Shown: positions 27,315 through 42,228 of the stretch, piece by piece | How the letters are laid out: every line of letters begins with the position of its first letter | Position numbering within the stretch: position 1 is the stretch's first letter | NCBI RefSeq assembly: GCF_009914755.1 | Contig: NC_060929.1 | From: the human T2T-CHM13v2.0 reference genome, Homo sapiens | Strand: one strand, 5' to 3' | DNA length: 64,000 bases | Notes under the pieces: generated by a model | The model's input: the letters and a program-made list of their open reading frames with translations, nothing else | Told to the model about the DNA's origin: nothing | Databases searched by the model: none | Program-made: the position numbers and the translations under genes

Positions 27315-28329
27315 CATCCTGTGACCTTGGACTTCAGGACAGTAGGAAACATACTCTGAGACTGGCCTTGTCAATTTAACAAATGGGCAAAAAATCTGAA
27401 CAGACACCTTACCAAAGAAGCTATACAGATGGCATTGGAAACAATGCTCAACATCGTACATCTCTAGAGAATTGCAAATGAAAAAATAATGAAGTATCAC
27501 CACACACCTATTCGAATAGCTAATTTTAAAAAACTGACAACATTAAATGCAGATCAGGATCAATATAAATGCATTCATTGCTAGTAAGAATACAAATGGC
27601 ACAGCTACTTTAAAAGAGAGTTTGGCAGTTTTTACAAAGCTAAACATGCGATCCAGAAATCATGCTCCGAGGTATTTACCCAACTGAGTTTAAAACTTGT
27701 GTCCACATGAGAACTTGCACAGGAATGTCACAGCAGCTTTATTCATAATCACAAAAAACTGGAAAAAATTAAGATGTTCTTCAACACATAAATAGATTTT
27801 AAAAAACCTGTGGCACTTCAATTATTATTTAATAATAAAAAGAAATGAGCTATTAAGACAAAAAGACATGGAGGAATCTTAAATAGTGCTAAGAGAAAAA
27901 AAAGCCAGTCTAAAAAGGATATACATTACATGATTTTAAATATATGGCATTCTGGAGAATATAAAATTACAGCAATGGTAAACATATCTGTTTACCATGT
28001 TTAGAATGTTTAGTTAGGAAAGGCATAGGGAATTTTTAGGGCAGTGAAACAATTCTGTATAATGTTGTAAGGTGAATACACAGCACAATGCATTTGCTAA
28101 AATTCGTGGAACTTTACTGCACAAAGAATGAACTTTAGCAAGTGCAAATTAAAAGCAAATCATTTGGGAGTTTGGAGAATCCCAGAATGGAATGCAGAAT
28201 GTGAAAAAACAGCCTAACTGTATCACAAATATATGAAATAATCTCACTAAAGGTAGTGGGAGAAAATCGTACTGACAAGTAAATTTGGAATTGAGTGGAG
28301 TCTCTTAAGACTAAAAGCAAAATAAACTA

Positions 28330-28660
28330 TAGATGGCCCTCCATATCTGTGGGTTTTCATCCATGGATTCAACCAACCATAGATTGAAAATTTTTAAAAA
28401 TTGTGTCTGTACTGAACATGTGTTAACTCTTTTCTCTCATTGTTATGCCCTAAAAAGTACAGAATAACAACTATTTGCATAACATTTAAATTGTATTAGG
28501 CATTAAAATTAATCTAGAGGTGATAAAATATATGGGTGGATGTGCATAAGTTAAATGGAAATGCTACACCATTTTTAAGTCAGGGACTTGAGCACTCATG
28601 AATTTTGGTATCCACTGGAGGTCCTGGGACTAATCCCTTATATATCCCAAGGGACAACTG
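28330..28660. mobile_element. MER2 (TcMar-Tigger MITE)
   Basis: TIR-like ends 'agatggccctccatatctgtggg' / 'atatcccaagggacaactg', flanked by TA. Confidence 0.85.
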
Positions 28661-29151
28661 TATACACAAGCACTGTGCTCTAATTTATAAAGCTATTTAC
28701 CATGGGAGTATTAATAATTCTGATATTGCTATACATGTATGCTGGAATTAAACAATTAAGTAAACAGATGGAGGATGATAGGAGCTGGGTTTTTCACTGC
28801 CAGGGTAGGAGATTACAGGTAAGCAAGAGTAAGAGTCTATAATGATCATGTGGTAATGGATTAGATTTGGAGACATCAATATGAACTCATATCATAATCC
28901 AGATACAGATGGTTACAAATAGAAATATTTATTAAAATGTATATACACATAGGTTAGTATATACACATTAATTTCCTACCTCTGTCAGCTGAGTGGGCCT
29001 AGGTGCAATGCCAACCCAGTAGCAATTAGCACACCTAGTACCCAGATCTTGGTTCCTAATGCCACCGTCCAATAAAACGAACCAGGGTTCCTTAGAGAAA
29101 TTACGATTCTTGGACTGAGTCAGGAAAGATGAGCCTGGAGTATCTTGTTGT

Positions 29152-29240
29152 GAAGAAAGAAAGGAAAGAAGATGAGAGAGAGAGAGAGAAAGAGAGAAAG
29201 AGAGAAGAGAGAGACAGAAATAGAGAGAGAGAGACAAAGA
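29152..29240 (+). repeat. (GA)n / GAAA-rich purine microsatellite
   Basis: Read directly from the sequence. Confidence 0.9.
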
Positions 29241-29597
29241 CAAAAATAAAAAACAAAAATCATGATGGAGACATGTCAAAGGGACACTAGACATGTCTCC
29301 CATTCAGAAGAATTCCAAATAATTTATGCAGACACTCTGCCCTCAAGGATGTGGCACATAACTCTTTGTTTATTTTGGATACAAGTCATTTATCAGATAT
29401 GTTTTGCAAATATTTTCTCCCAGTCTGACTTCTTTGTATGGCTACTATATTTTTCCAACTACATGACATTCTAGAAAATTCAAAACTACAGAGATGGTAA
29501 ATAGATCAGTGGTTACTAGGGGCTGGGGGGAAGATAAAAAGATGAAAAGTTTATGCACAGGAGATTTTTAGAAGATGGAACTATTCTGTGTTATACT

Positions 29598-30069
29598 TGT
29601 AAAGATTAATTTTATGTGTCTGCTTGACTTGGGAGCAAAGGGTTCCCAGATATCTGGTCAAACATTTTTCTGGGTGTGTGTGTCAGAGTGTTTTAGATTA
29701 GATTAACATTTGAACTGGAACTGGTAGACTGAGAATAGCAGATTTTCATTCCTAATGTGAGGGGGCCTCATCCAATCAACTGAAAGCCTAAATAAAACAA
29801 AAAGGCAAAATCTCCTATGAACAATAGAGAATTTCATCCCGCCTGAATACCTTGAGCTGGGGCATCATTATTTTCCTGCCGTGGGGCTCCAAATGAAACA
29901 CTGGCTCTTCCTGGCTCTTGAGGCTGTAGGTCTCCAGACCTGGACTGGAACTTACACCATCAGCTCTCCTGAATCTTTAGCTTGTTGACTGCAGATCTTG
30001 GTTCTTGACAGCCGCCATGATTATGTGAACCAATTTCCTGTAATAAATCTCTCTCTTCTCTCTCTCTCT

Positions 30070-30106
<37 letters not shown>

Positions 30107-30149
30107 ATGTGTATTCTATCAGTTCTGTTTATCTGTACAACCCTCACTG
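29598..30149 (+). mobile_element. MLT2 (ERVL) solo LTR containing a (TC)n(TG)n microsatellite
   Basis: 'ttaattttatgtgtc.gcttgact...cccagatatctggtcaaacatt' and 'ttctgtttatctg.acaaccct'. Flanking 5-bp repeat 'atact'. Confidence 0.88.
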
Positions 30150-30806
30150 ATACTGTAATGATAGACACATAACATCATGTGTTTGTGAAAATCCACAGAA
30201 CTGTACAAAACAAAGAGTGAACCAGCATAAAGAATATAAACTGTAGTTAATAATGACATCTCAATATTTGTTCATTAATAGTAACAAATGTACCATATTA
30301 ATCCAAGATGTTAACAGAGGAAACTGTGGAAGAGAAGAGGGGGTTATAGGAATTTTTGTACTATCTATCTGCTCAATTCTTCTGTGAATCTAAAGGTAAA
30401 GTCTACTAATTTAAAAAATGTAGAGTATGCAGAATACAGTGTGTTGATGGTATTTGGAGGAAATCAAGCTAATGTGCAATGGGCTGATGGTTGCTGCTAT
30501 GAGATGCCAGAAATAAGTTGACAGTTAATTTAAAGAAAGTAAGAGGTTGTAACTTAGGTGGCCAGATGCAATCCAATGCTTCCCAAGAATCTCCAGATAA
30601 ACTGGGGATAAGGGTGGAGGTGGTAATAGAAGCTGTGTGTCCTATTACATTTGGCTTCAAAATCTGAACGAATTTTAAGTAAATTTTAAAGGATTAAGTG
30701 GCTTAGAACAGCATTATGTATGTCTTCAATTCCATCTGTAAGGTCTAAACTGACAGGTAGGTACCCCATCACCAAAAGGAAAAGTAGATTTAACACACTG
30801 AATTCT

Positions 30807-31261
30807 TTCTGTTTTCCTTTTAAAATTTTATTTTAGGTTCAGAGGTGCATGTTCAGGTTTGTTATATAGGTAAACTTGTGTCATGGGAGTTTGTTATACA
30901 GATTATTTTGTGACCTAGGTACTAAGCCTAGTATCCAATAGTTATTTTTTTCTGTTTCTCTCCCTTCTGTCTGTTGTTCTCCTCTTTGTGTCCATATATG
31001 TTCTCACCATTTAGCTCCCACTTATAAGTGAGAAAATGCAGTATTTGGTATTATATTCCTACATTACTTTGCTAAGGATAATGGCCTCCAGCTCCATCCA
31101 TTTTCTGCAAAGGACATGATCTCATTCTTTTTTATGGCTGCATAGTATTCCATGGTGTATATGTACATTTTCTTTATCTAGTCTACCGCTGGTGGGCATT
31201 TTAGTTGATTCCATGTCTTGGCTATTGTGAATAGTGTTTCAGTGAACATACAGGTGCATGA
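30807..31261 (-). mobile_element. 5'-truncated L1PA (PA13-16-like) 3' end
   Basis: Antisense L1 3'UTR ('caggtttgttatataggtaaacttgtgtcatgg', 'tttatggctgcatagtattccatgg'). Perfect 15-bp TSD 'aacacactgaattct' at 30792-30806 and 31262-31276. Confidence 0.93.
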
Positions 31262-32589
31262 AACACACTGAATTCTGATGTTAGTATAACATATTTCTTA
31301 ATTCACTTGAAGCATAAATGTCTACCATTGAGGTCTGTCCAGGAGACCCTTCTCTCCCTGTGTTTTCTATTCACCCTGCCCTGAAGTCTTTTTATCCTGT
31401 GAAACCAAGCCTCGGTCTTCTCCTCAGGACCCTCATTGCCATCCAGGTGGTGTACTGAAAGTACTCTGGGCTCACTTTTAGCCTCCTCCTGCTTGCCTCC
31501 AGTGGGTCTTTTAGATGCTGTGGTATGGATACCTTTCAGAGCTCTGTCATGTTTTCCAAAAAGCTTCCATCTGTTTATGCTGTCTTATTACAGACACCCT
31601 CTTCATTAGGGAGGAGGAGGAGTAAAGAAGATAGGTGGTAAGGAAACCCTATCTTGCCACACTAGCTAGCATCATTATCACCATCATTATCTTCATCATC
31701 ATTGTTATTGCAGGCACCTAAACAGCCTGCTTCTTGACTGCTTTTCTGTCTCTATGCCAGGCCCTGGGCATCCCAATAATAAAGCCCTTGTTCCTCTGAA
31801 GTAACCCCAGTGAGCTTCTGGCCAGGATATAAAGTGATTTCCAGATCCTCCCAACTTTCTTTGTACACATGGAACAGAGGCTGCTTATGCTTTAGGAAGT
31901 GAGAAGGAAGCACCATCCCAGGTGCAGCTGTTTTCACAGGAGCCAGAAAAATGTAGAGTTTGACCCCTATCATCTCCAGTGACTTATATTTTAATGAGAA
32001 ATGCTTGAGGAGGAAGGAAGCTTTCAGGGGTCTCTGATGGGAAGGAGCTGACTGAATGGCATGTGGTGTGATTGGCGAGTATACGCTTCAGAACTGGCTC
32101 AGCAGCTCTGGCTGCACCTGTGTCTCTGGCTGCCTCCCCCTGCTCCTGCCCCTTCCCCTCCATTCACAGACTGAAGGTTAGCTCCCCTGACTGAGCAGTG
32201 GTCTGCCCAGACTGGAGACAGCCTGTGCTTCCAGCACCCCATTTAGAAACACCAACCTCACACCTCAAAGGACGATGAGCAATTTCATTTTCTGCCTTGA
32301 AGGCCAACATAAAGAGACATCATAATGCCAGCCCTCAGGAAAGGCGGGCAGAATCAGAGACCTTTTATCCAATTCTTAGAGATTAACATTTCAAATCTGG
32401 AGGGTTGGATGCCTTTGTTCATAAAAGGTCACAAGAAGGGCACGTTGACTCCCGTCAGCATTCTTAAGCAGTCCCTCAGGTCAGACCATCTCAGAAGCGT
32501 CAGCCTTTGGAAAGCCACACCATACAATGACAAGGAACACAGAGGGGTGAAGAGTTTTCACTGCTCAGATGCTTTGTCTGACTACTCAA

Positions 32590-33350
32590 AGTCCACTGTG
32601 CTCCACCAAATGGGCACTGAGTTCTGGACCTGTTTCTATCGCATACTTAGCAGGTGATTCTCTTCTCTGGGGCCTCAGTTTCCTCATTTTGCAAAATGTG
32701 AGAATGGACTACACTAGATCAAACACACTCAATGCTGGCTCCACTTTGGTATTACCTGGCAAGCATTTTGTTTTGTTTTGTTTTAATTTAAGGGAAATAT
32801 ATAGATTCCTGGGCCAAATGCCAGGCTTGCTAAGTCAGGATCCCTTGGGCTGTGACCCTGGACCTTGTGTACCTAGTGAGCTTCCCTAGTGGTGCTGAGG
32901 CAGCAGCTGGGTCCTCAGCAAAACCATACTTGGGAGCCACCGAATGAAACAACCTTCAAGAGCCTTTTCTCATATGATTGTTTTGAAAATATTTAATTAT
33001 ATTTTAACAATCTAAAATATACGCACTTCTCGGAAAAATCAGAAAAGTAGAGATAGAATTTTTGAAGGACAATAATTCCACTAGCCAAAGATCTCTATGC
33101 TATCATTTGTCCGTATGCATCAGTTTCTGGGATTTTTGCTTTTGTTTGTTTGCATAATTATAACCCCATTACAAATATGCATTCATATCTTGTTTTCTCA
33201 CTTGACATTAATCAATTTTAAAAATGTAAGTATTTCCCCATGTTTTATGTATTTTCAAAACCAACATTTTTAAAAGTAAATGACATAAGCTGAGAGTGAG
33301 GGCTGCAGTTTACTTTGTCACTCCCTTTTATTGGGCATTTTCAGTTAAAT
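32590..33350. mobile_element. MIR fragment, MER5-like hAT fragment (~32720-32945) and old L1M fragment (~32985-33350, minus)
   Basis: 'ctctggggcctcagtttcctcattttgcaaaatg' (MIR) and 'gattcctgggcc...cttccctagtggtgctgaggcagc' (MER5-like). Boundaries approximate. Confidence 0.55.
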
Positions 33351-33899
33351 GAATTGCACCACTCACTTCGTTGCAGGGCCCCTTAGTGGAGGGATGAGAG
33401 AGCAAAAGATGGGCCATCAACTCTCCTTCCCTGGCCTTGTGGAACCCTGGCAATTCACACCTGCCCACAAACTGCACTTTATGGCATTTGTGCCAGAGGG
33501 AAACCAATACATTGAGTCAGATGCTGCTATGGAAAGGCAGCACAGACCTTTCTCCCTTGATCTTTGACTCCTCTGCCTGAGAACACCGCATTAGTACTGC
33601 TGATGACACAGATTAATGGAGAAACTGATGGATCTGGCCTAGAAAACATGTGATCCTTCCCCATCAGCTTTCATTTGCTATGGTGTGTTTGGCCATTTTA
33701 GGGGCTGCAGTGAGCTTCAGTATTAACTAGTGAAATCTCAGGTCAGGGAAACTCATTCATCAACCCAATCATGAGCCCCTGACTAAGTAACAGGCAGAAA
33801 ACTCAGAGCTAGGCTTTGGGAAGAGATGATGCTCAGGGACTAGCAGTTCAGGGACATCATGGCTCCCACTAAACTTCTCCTTATAGTTGGCAGAGAATC

Positions 33900-34880
33900 C
33901 AGCAAAACCACTCATTTTCCAAGGAGGAAGCTGAGACTCAGAGAGGCTAAGGAACATGTCTCAGGTCTTATGGGGAGTATGTGGCAGAGCCTGCTGGCTG
34001 GCCTGGCTGCCTGCTCCTGGCCTGTTCCCTACACAGACCGAAATGCTGATACAGGGTGTCTGTGACTCCTCCTGCTTCATTCAGGATGGAACAGAACAGT
34101 GACCTCAGTACTCCTCCATATTCCCCAACCACCCGCTTTACCTCAAAGTCTGTGTCTCTCTAATATCCATGTGTTCATCCTGCTTTTTCTTTCTTTTTTC
34201 TCCCTCCATTCTTTCCTCTCTCCCTTTCTCTCTTCCTTCCCTCTTTCACAAAGTTTTTGAATACTAGGCAAATGTCAGGCACTCACTCTAGTGGAGACTC
34301 AAAGCATCCACCAGCCCACAGGCAGCTTCGCTACCAACATGATAAGAACCATAATGGGGTTGTAAGAGCAAACGTCAGGGCACCAACTCCAGACTTGCAG
34401 GGGAAAGGAAAAAGGCATCCTAGAGATGGTAACACCTAGATTAAATTCCGAGGACCAAGGCGTGAGTAAGGTGAAGCATGAGGAGGGGAGGGGACCCTTT
34501 CCTCCTGGGAGAGGGAACAGCATGTGCAAAGGCCTGTGAGTGAAAAAGCTCATGACGCATGTGAGGGACTGCAAGGCATTCCATATTTAGGGCCCAAAGA
34601 AGGAACAGGGGAATGTGTTTGGGGGAAGAGGTGAGGATCACAGCAAGGCAATGAGTAGACCAAGCAGAAAGGCTACAGATCCTAAGTGCCCTTACTCATA
34701 CATGGTGGTTACTACTTTATCCTGAGGGATGTGGGGAGGGGCACAATTAGGGTACACCTGGAATGTGTCTGTGGCTGCAGAGCAAAGACTAGAATGGAGA
34801 GCCTGAAATCTGCATAAGAAAGGGTGGTGGCCTAATCCATGGATGGGCTGCAGGGATGGCAAGGATGCAGAGAATATCAC
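33900..34880. mobile_element. MIR and L2 fragments
   Basis: 'gaggaagctgagactcagagaggctaagg' (MIR); 'gggagagggaacagcatgtgcaaaggcctgtgag' (L2). Confidence 0.65.
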
Positions 34881-35675
34881 TTATGGAGTACCCCCTGCAT
34901 CAGAGCTGCAGAGCTCTAAGGGGAGGCCCACTTAGTGCATTCCAGGCTACCCCCAAGAGTCCCCAAAGCAGAAAATAAGGCTACACAGCTCAAACTGCTA
35001 AGCCTTGGCCTTCTCCAGCCACTCAGGGTCATTGATTCCCTGGAACAACCAAGCTGGCTTTAATAACAGACACCTCAGTGCTTCCCACTGGGTAGAACCC
35101 TGCAGCTGATCAGTTCAGCCTCAGAGCATGCAGGCCCCTGACCACTGCACACCTTTGAAGAGGGTTAATTGAATTTTTGCATCTTTAAATGTACAATTAG
35201 TGACCAAAAATGGAGGAACACTAGTTCTTTATTTCTCCTAGTTATCTAAATAAAACAGATGTTTGTAAAATGCAGTTCCTAAAGAATACAGCCAATTTTT
35301 TGTTCACCTGAAAAACCCACTGGTATAGAAAAGCTTTGATACAAGTTCATACTTAACAATTGCATTTTACTGTTATTTATTCTTATTTCCCCAACCCAGA
35401 GGTGATGTCTTGCCTCACAGGTATGAGACAAAGGACAAGGGTCCTTTAGAAAAGTCAAATGGTAAGTCTGAGGTGAGGGGGTGCAGTGGTGGGACATTGT
35501 CTCCCTGTAGGAATGCTGTCTCCTGGGCCACTGATCATAAAATTAACCATCACAGTGAGCAGTAGGTGTCTGCTCCAACAAGAGAGAGCTGTGGCTCCAT
35601 GCACTTGAGGAAACTGAGGGGTCCATCTGAGCCCAAAAAGGAAGGAAGTCTGTTTTGGTTAAATAACACTGAAAG

Positions 35676-36001
<326 letters not shown>

Positions 36002-36899
36002 TCATATTTAGCCATTCCCATTAACTGACATCTCTTTTCTTCCTGTACCTAATTAGGCAGGCACCCAGCTTGGCATTGAGGTGTGGAAACTCAGGAGTGA
36101 TAAGTTTTCTGGGTAAGAGTTAGATGATTCTTAAGAGTAGAACTTGCCCAAGTGGGGCACTGCTAGGAAGGTCCCAGGCAGCTGGGGGAGGGAGTCAGCA
36201 AAAGCAGGAAATCCCTGCAGCAAGGACAGAGTGAGAAGGAGAGCTGATGGGGACCAACTTTGCCTTATTCCATATCGGTTGAATTCTAAAAGCCAACAGC
36301 ATCCTTTTCTCTGGGCTCCTTTTTGCTCATAGTATCCAGTTTATTACAACCCAAGTCTCATGGACAAAGGGGTCTTTTTGGTTTTATGAAAACAAATGAT
36401 GACCTAAGCCTTTTAAAGAAGTAATCTTCTGCTTGAGGAGCTTGGATTTCAATCTTTATGAAATCACTTTCACTTGGGTCATGAGCTAACCCTAGGTGAT
36501 TTCAGCTATTACCACCCTCCAAAGACAGTAACTTGACATTACCAATTAGTCTTTTTTTTTAAATCTGCATTTGTTACCAAGGGTCTTAGTGTTATTTCAT
36601 AGTCACACAGTCCAGCTGGTGTCTACTCTCTGGATAATCTGGGAATAGTTATAAGGCAGACAGTGCAGAAATAACAGGAGGAGGGGAAGAGACCTGCAGT
36701 CACTGAGTGGCTCTTTCACATTTTGTATTTAATTCAGTCCTCACCACAAGTCTGGGAGGTAGGTTTATTCATCCCTGTTCTCAGCTGAGGAAACTGATAT
36801 TCCAAAGGGGGTAATGTAGCCAGAGGAGATGTGGTAGGAAGAACTCTGTGATGAACTTCAATGACCCTGACCTTTTTATAATTTCCTTTTGTTGAATGT

Positions 36900-37442
36900 G
36901 GGAAGAACCTGTGAATAGGATGAGGCATCACTTTCATAATTTTATCTTGTTATATGGTAAAAGAGTTGTGCAGATGTAGGTAGATTCATAATCAGTTGCA
37001 TTTGAGTTTATCAGAAAAGAAGCTATCCAGGTGGACCTGACCTGATTACCAGAGCCCTTTAAATCTGCATGAAGAGGTCAGAGAAATAGAAAGTACGAGA
37101 TTTGAAGAATGGGAGGGATTACACCTGAGAGAGATTCTCCATAGCTGGCTTCGAAGTTGAAGGAGCCACATGAGAAGGAATGCAAGTGGCCTTAGGAGTT
37201 TAGAGCATTCTCAGCTAACAGCCAGCAATAGAGTTAGGCCTCTGTCCTACAAGAACCAGGAACTGAATTCCGCAAACAACCACACGAATTTAGCCCAACT
37301 GACACTTTGTGTAACTGAGCAAAGGACTCGGCTCAGCTGTGCTGGATTTCTGACCTATGGAAACTAGGAGGAAAGAAGGGGTTATTGTTTGAAATTGCTT
37401 AGTTTGTGTTAATTGGTTACAAAGCAATATAACATGAATGCA
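36900..37442 (+). mobile_element. MLT1E-like LTR (MaLR)
   Basis: 'gctaacagccagcaa...tcctacaagaaccaggaactgaattccgcaaacaaccac' and 3' end 'tagtttgtgttaattggttacaaagcaata'. Confidence 0.75.
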
Positions 37443-37564
37443 GATGGTGATGAGCTAGAACATAAACTACCTGGACCCAAAGGCCACGCTCCTCCCACTG
37501 TAGTAGTTGCCTCTGCCTTCTACTTCTTCCATCTGGGAAGAGAGATAAGAAGGGTTTACTGGAC

Positions 37565-38400
37565 AATTACATTCTACAAGTGTTTATTGAGAACCATTGT
37601 GTGCATAGCCCTGGAGTAAGCAGGGGATTTACAAAATGATTAAGGCTGGACAGCATCCCTTCAAGGGGCTCACTGTCTGGCATGAAAAATAAATAAGAGG
37701 CAGATGGGGAGAGCAACGTGTGGGAGCAGATAGTCAGTAGCATGCTGCTAGAACTGAGATGAAGAAAGGCTGTGAAGGAGAGGAGACTTTAAGCCTGGAT
37801 GTGAAGATGAGGAAAGAGGATGCGGTAGGCAAGCTGAGTAGTGCATGCGAGAAAGGGCAACTGCACAGGCAAAATCAGAGACAGAACCCACACAATATAT
37901 TTAAGCTATAGTATCAGAACTGCTAGGCATACATAGGGCAGGTGGGAAATGGAGCTGGAAACGGATTAGACCAGATGGAGGGAGGCCTCTCATGCCATGA
38001 TATGGCAGCTGAGCCATATCATAACTTCTCTATTCTGCCAGCTCTGCCTGCCCAAAAGCCCCATAAAAATCAAGGCAACTTACTAGACAACACTCTAGAA
38101 TGTCTTAATATGTAAGACCTCAAATGGCTGCTATTTGGGGTTTTTTTCAGTTGACTTTTTTCACTTCATTTAATCATTGATTCATTTAACAAACATTCCT
38201 TGTATAGCTTCTCTTGCTGAGCACTATGCCATGCCCACGGGGTATAGCAGGGAAGCAGAGGAGGCCCTTTTCCCCCAAGTGGTTGACAGGTTTGGGAAGC
38301 TGCATGGACCTGCCTGGGTTTAGAGATGGGAGAGGAGAGGAAGAGTGGGAAAGACTAAGATAATCTTTCCAGAAGGAGGAGAAGAGAATCTGCTTCCTGG
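37565..38400 (-). mobile_element. L2 fragments
   Basis: 'aagtgtttattgagaacc.ttgtgtgc', 'ttcatttaacaaacatt' and GA-rich L2 antisense sequence. Confidence 0.55.
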
Positions 38401-38825
38401 GAAGTGAGGATGAAGAGGCCAGAAAACAGTAAAGACTTCCCTTTTCTAAAATATTCTGGAATTCCCTATGCCCAGGCAACCTGTTACTTCTGATCAGGCT
38501 GCAGATGGAAATGTATGCAGGTTACCACAACCGGTTCATAGCTGGCAACGGTGCCCAGCCTGATTGCATGCTCAGGGCTGAATTGCCATGCATTCTTTGC
38601 TTTAATTGCATAATGGCTTATTTTGTTCATTAAACTTTGGCAAATGACATCATAAGCAACAAAACATTTCAGGAGCATTTTGGAAATAATTGTGTTTTTT
38701 TTTTTCCTACAGCAGATATCTCCCCACTCTCAAGATTAGAGCTTTTCAGCCTATTGTAGAAAAGAATAAAAAATTGGGGGCAGTGGGATTGTTCTATATC
38801 CTGACTACAGTGGTCGTTTCATAGG

Positions 38826-39196
38826 TGTATTTGTCATCTTGGACTGCCATAACAAAATACCATAGACTGCGTGGTTTAAATGACAGAAATTTATTTCTCA
38901 ACAGTTCTGGAGGCTGGAAGTCCAAGATCAGGGTGCCAGCATCGTCAGGTTCTGGTGAGGGCTCCCTTTCAGGTTATAGACTGCTGACTTCTCACTGGGT
39001 CCTCACAGCTCTCGCTCTCTTTCTCTCTCTGGTGTATCTTCTTATAAGGGCACTAATCCTATCATATCAGGGCAAACTCTTAGGACCTCATTTAACCTTA
39101 ATTTCTTCCTTGTAGCCCTGTCTCCAAATACAGTCACACTAGGGATTAGAGCATCAGCACCTGGATTTTGGGTGGACACAATTCAATCTATAGCAA
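38826..39196 (-). mobile_element. MLT1A-like solo LTR
   Basis: 'ctgccataacaaaataccatagactg...cagttctggaggctggaagtccaagatcagggtgcc...ggacacaattcaatctatagca'. Confidence 0.9.
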
Positions 39197-39636
39197 CGGG
39201 CATATAAATCTATCAAAACTCATGAATTTGTATGCTTCAAATGAGTGCAGTTTATTATAGATAAAACAGACCTTCATAAAGTTGTTTTAAAAAATAGAAC
39301 AGGCCAGAAACAGCCAGATCTTGGCCCAGTAGATTTAATAGAGTCTTTTAAAAAAGTCAGGTTAGTCCTTACTCCGGAATTGAGTGACTATGTCACTTGC
39401 TACTCAAGAGAAAATTGCAAAAGAAACCACTCCCTTCCTGAAACCTCTCACCCCACTGGGCTTACACTTGTCCCTCTATGACCAGGCTCCAGATGACAAA
39501 ACTGGACACTGCCTCTGTACCTGCTGAGGCCAAGTGGGTTCACCCTCTTCCCCAGGCAGCTTTGGCCACTGGTACTCCCCTTGGCTTTGGGTGCTCTCAA
39601 TACCCAAATAGATGACTGGCCTGCCCCTGCTTTTAA

Positions 39637-40154
<518 letters not shown>

Positions 40155-40680
40155 CCTACCACTTTCTTGATACCTCATGAAATGTGCTTATGTCTTAGGC
40201 TCTACAGACTCTGTTTTCAGATAACGTACTGGTGACTGATAATGACTTGCAACCCAGGGTTGCCTTTTAATTTAACAGAAGCATTTTGGAGACAGCATCT
40301 GAATCTCAGGGAATCTTGATGCTTTCAGTCTAACCCCTGCTGAACTATAAGTTTGTCTGGCCTACTATGCCATGGGGATTTTTCTAAAGCTCCAAATGGA
40401 TCACATCACTTGGCTGATTCTAGTCCTTCATTATTCATTCATTTATTTATTCAAAATGATATATCAAGTTTCTGCTGTTCTTGGCTCTGGGCATAGAGAA
40501 ATGAATAAGACATAGTTCTTACCCTCTAGGAAAATACTGTCTGGCAGAGGCAGCTAGACCTGCATTTTATGTAAGTAGACAAATGTCACAAAGAGCTGTA
40601 GGTACCTTGATGGAAATGATGGGATTTAGGAGAGCCTAAAGGAGAATGATGTCATTTCTTCCTAGAAGGCAAGAGGACAT

Positions 40681-41287
40681 TGTTTAGGCTCAAAAAACAA
40701 TATCCCAAAATGAAGGCCACAGAAGCAGCCTCAGAAGCCTGTTTTTCTCTGACCTTCTCCTGCCCTCTTGAGTCTTAGTACCATTCTCCCTCAAAACTAG
40801 TCCTGTAAACTAGAATCCCGCTTCCCCAAAGCAGATCATAGAAACAAGAACTGCTTTTCTAAAAATCCATCCATAAAACTTAAAATATTCCATGCAAAAA
40901 CTGGCCATAAAGAAATTATATGACCTACCTTGTTTGACTGCAGGTCATTAGAATCCCATTCCAGAGAGAGGCCTGCCCCATACCCAGAAGGGAGGAATGT
41001 GTGCTTAGCAAGGCCAAGAAGAATCTAGACAGACAGGCCTTGCTGGGTTTACTCAGTCTGTTAGATCAGATCATACCTTCCTGTCTATGTTTCTACATGG
41101 CTGTCCATACTTGGTTGAACCTAAGTATAAAAATGGATAATTTCCCCTGTATCTTGGGTCTTCATTCTGAAGGCTCCTACGTATACACATTAAATAAATT
41201 TGTATGCCTTATCTCCTATTACTCAGTCTGCCTCATGTCCATCATTTTCAGCAAATCTCCAAAGGGCCAAAGGCCTTGGCCCTTACA
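40681..41287 (+). mobile_element. MER39-like solo LTR (ERV1) inserted into an L2 remnant
   Basis: TG...CA termini. 'gctcaaaaaacaatatcccaaaatgaaggcc.cagaagcagcctcagaagc'. TATA and AATAAA present. 4-bp TSD 'acat'. Confidence 0.88.
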
Positions 41288-41729
41288 ACATCAAGAAAAG
41301 CTTCAAAGAAAAACTGACCCCTGAGCAAGGTCTTGAAAAGAGAGGGTTAAGACATTTCTGGAAGAGGAAGCTACGCTGAATAAAGGCATGAAACAACGTG
41401 GACATGTTTATCCACATTTTACTCATAAGAAGTCTGAGGCTCCAACAGGTTAAAAGCTTGCCCGTGACCATATTATTTATGTTGCTAGTAAGAGCTTCTC
41501 CTGTGTGCCAGGTATTATTCTAGGGGTTGGGAATATGACAGGAAACAAATTCAAATTTAAGTACAGGGATATTTTTATTACTCAACACTGCAATCCCATC
41601 TTTTCAGTTTAGTAATGCTACAGAGCACACCTACTCTGCTCAAACATTTTGGGGAATACAGAAATGAGTTATACAAAGCTGTCCTCAAACAATATATGTA
41701 ATATAGTAATATCCCGTAGTTAAATTTAA

Positions 41730-42228
<499 letters not shown>

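Larger units (their letters stand above)
27375..30420 (+). mobile_element. Old L1 (L1MD-like) ORF2 end and long 3'UTR, interrupted by MER2 and MLT2
   Basis: 'aaatgggcaaaaaatctgaacagacaccttaccaaagaag' (ORF2 C-terminus) followed by L1MC/MD-type 3'UTR motifs. L1 sequence resumes across both insertions. Confidence 0.75.
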
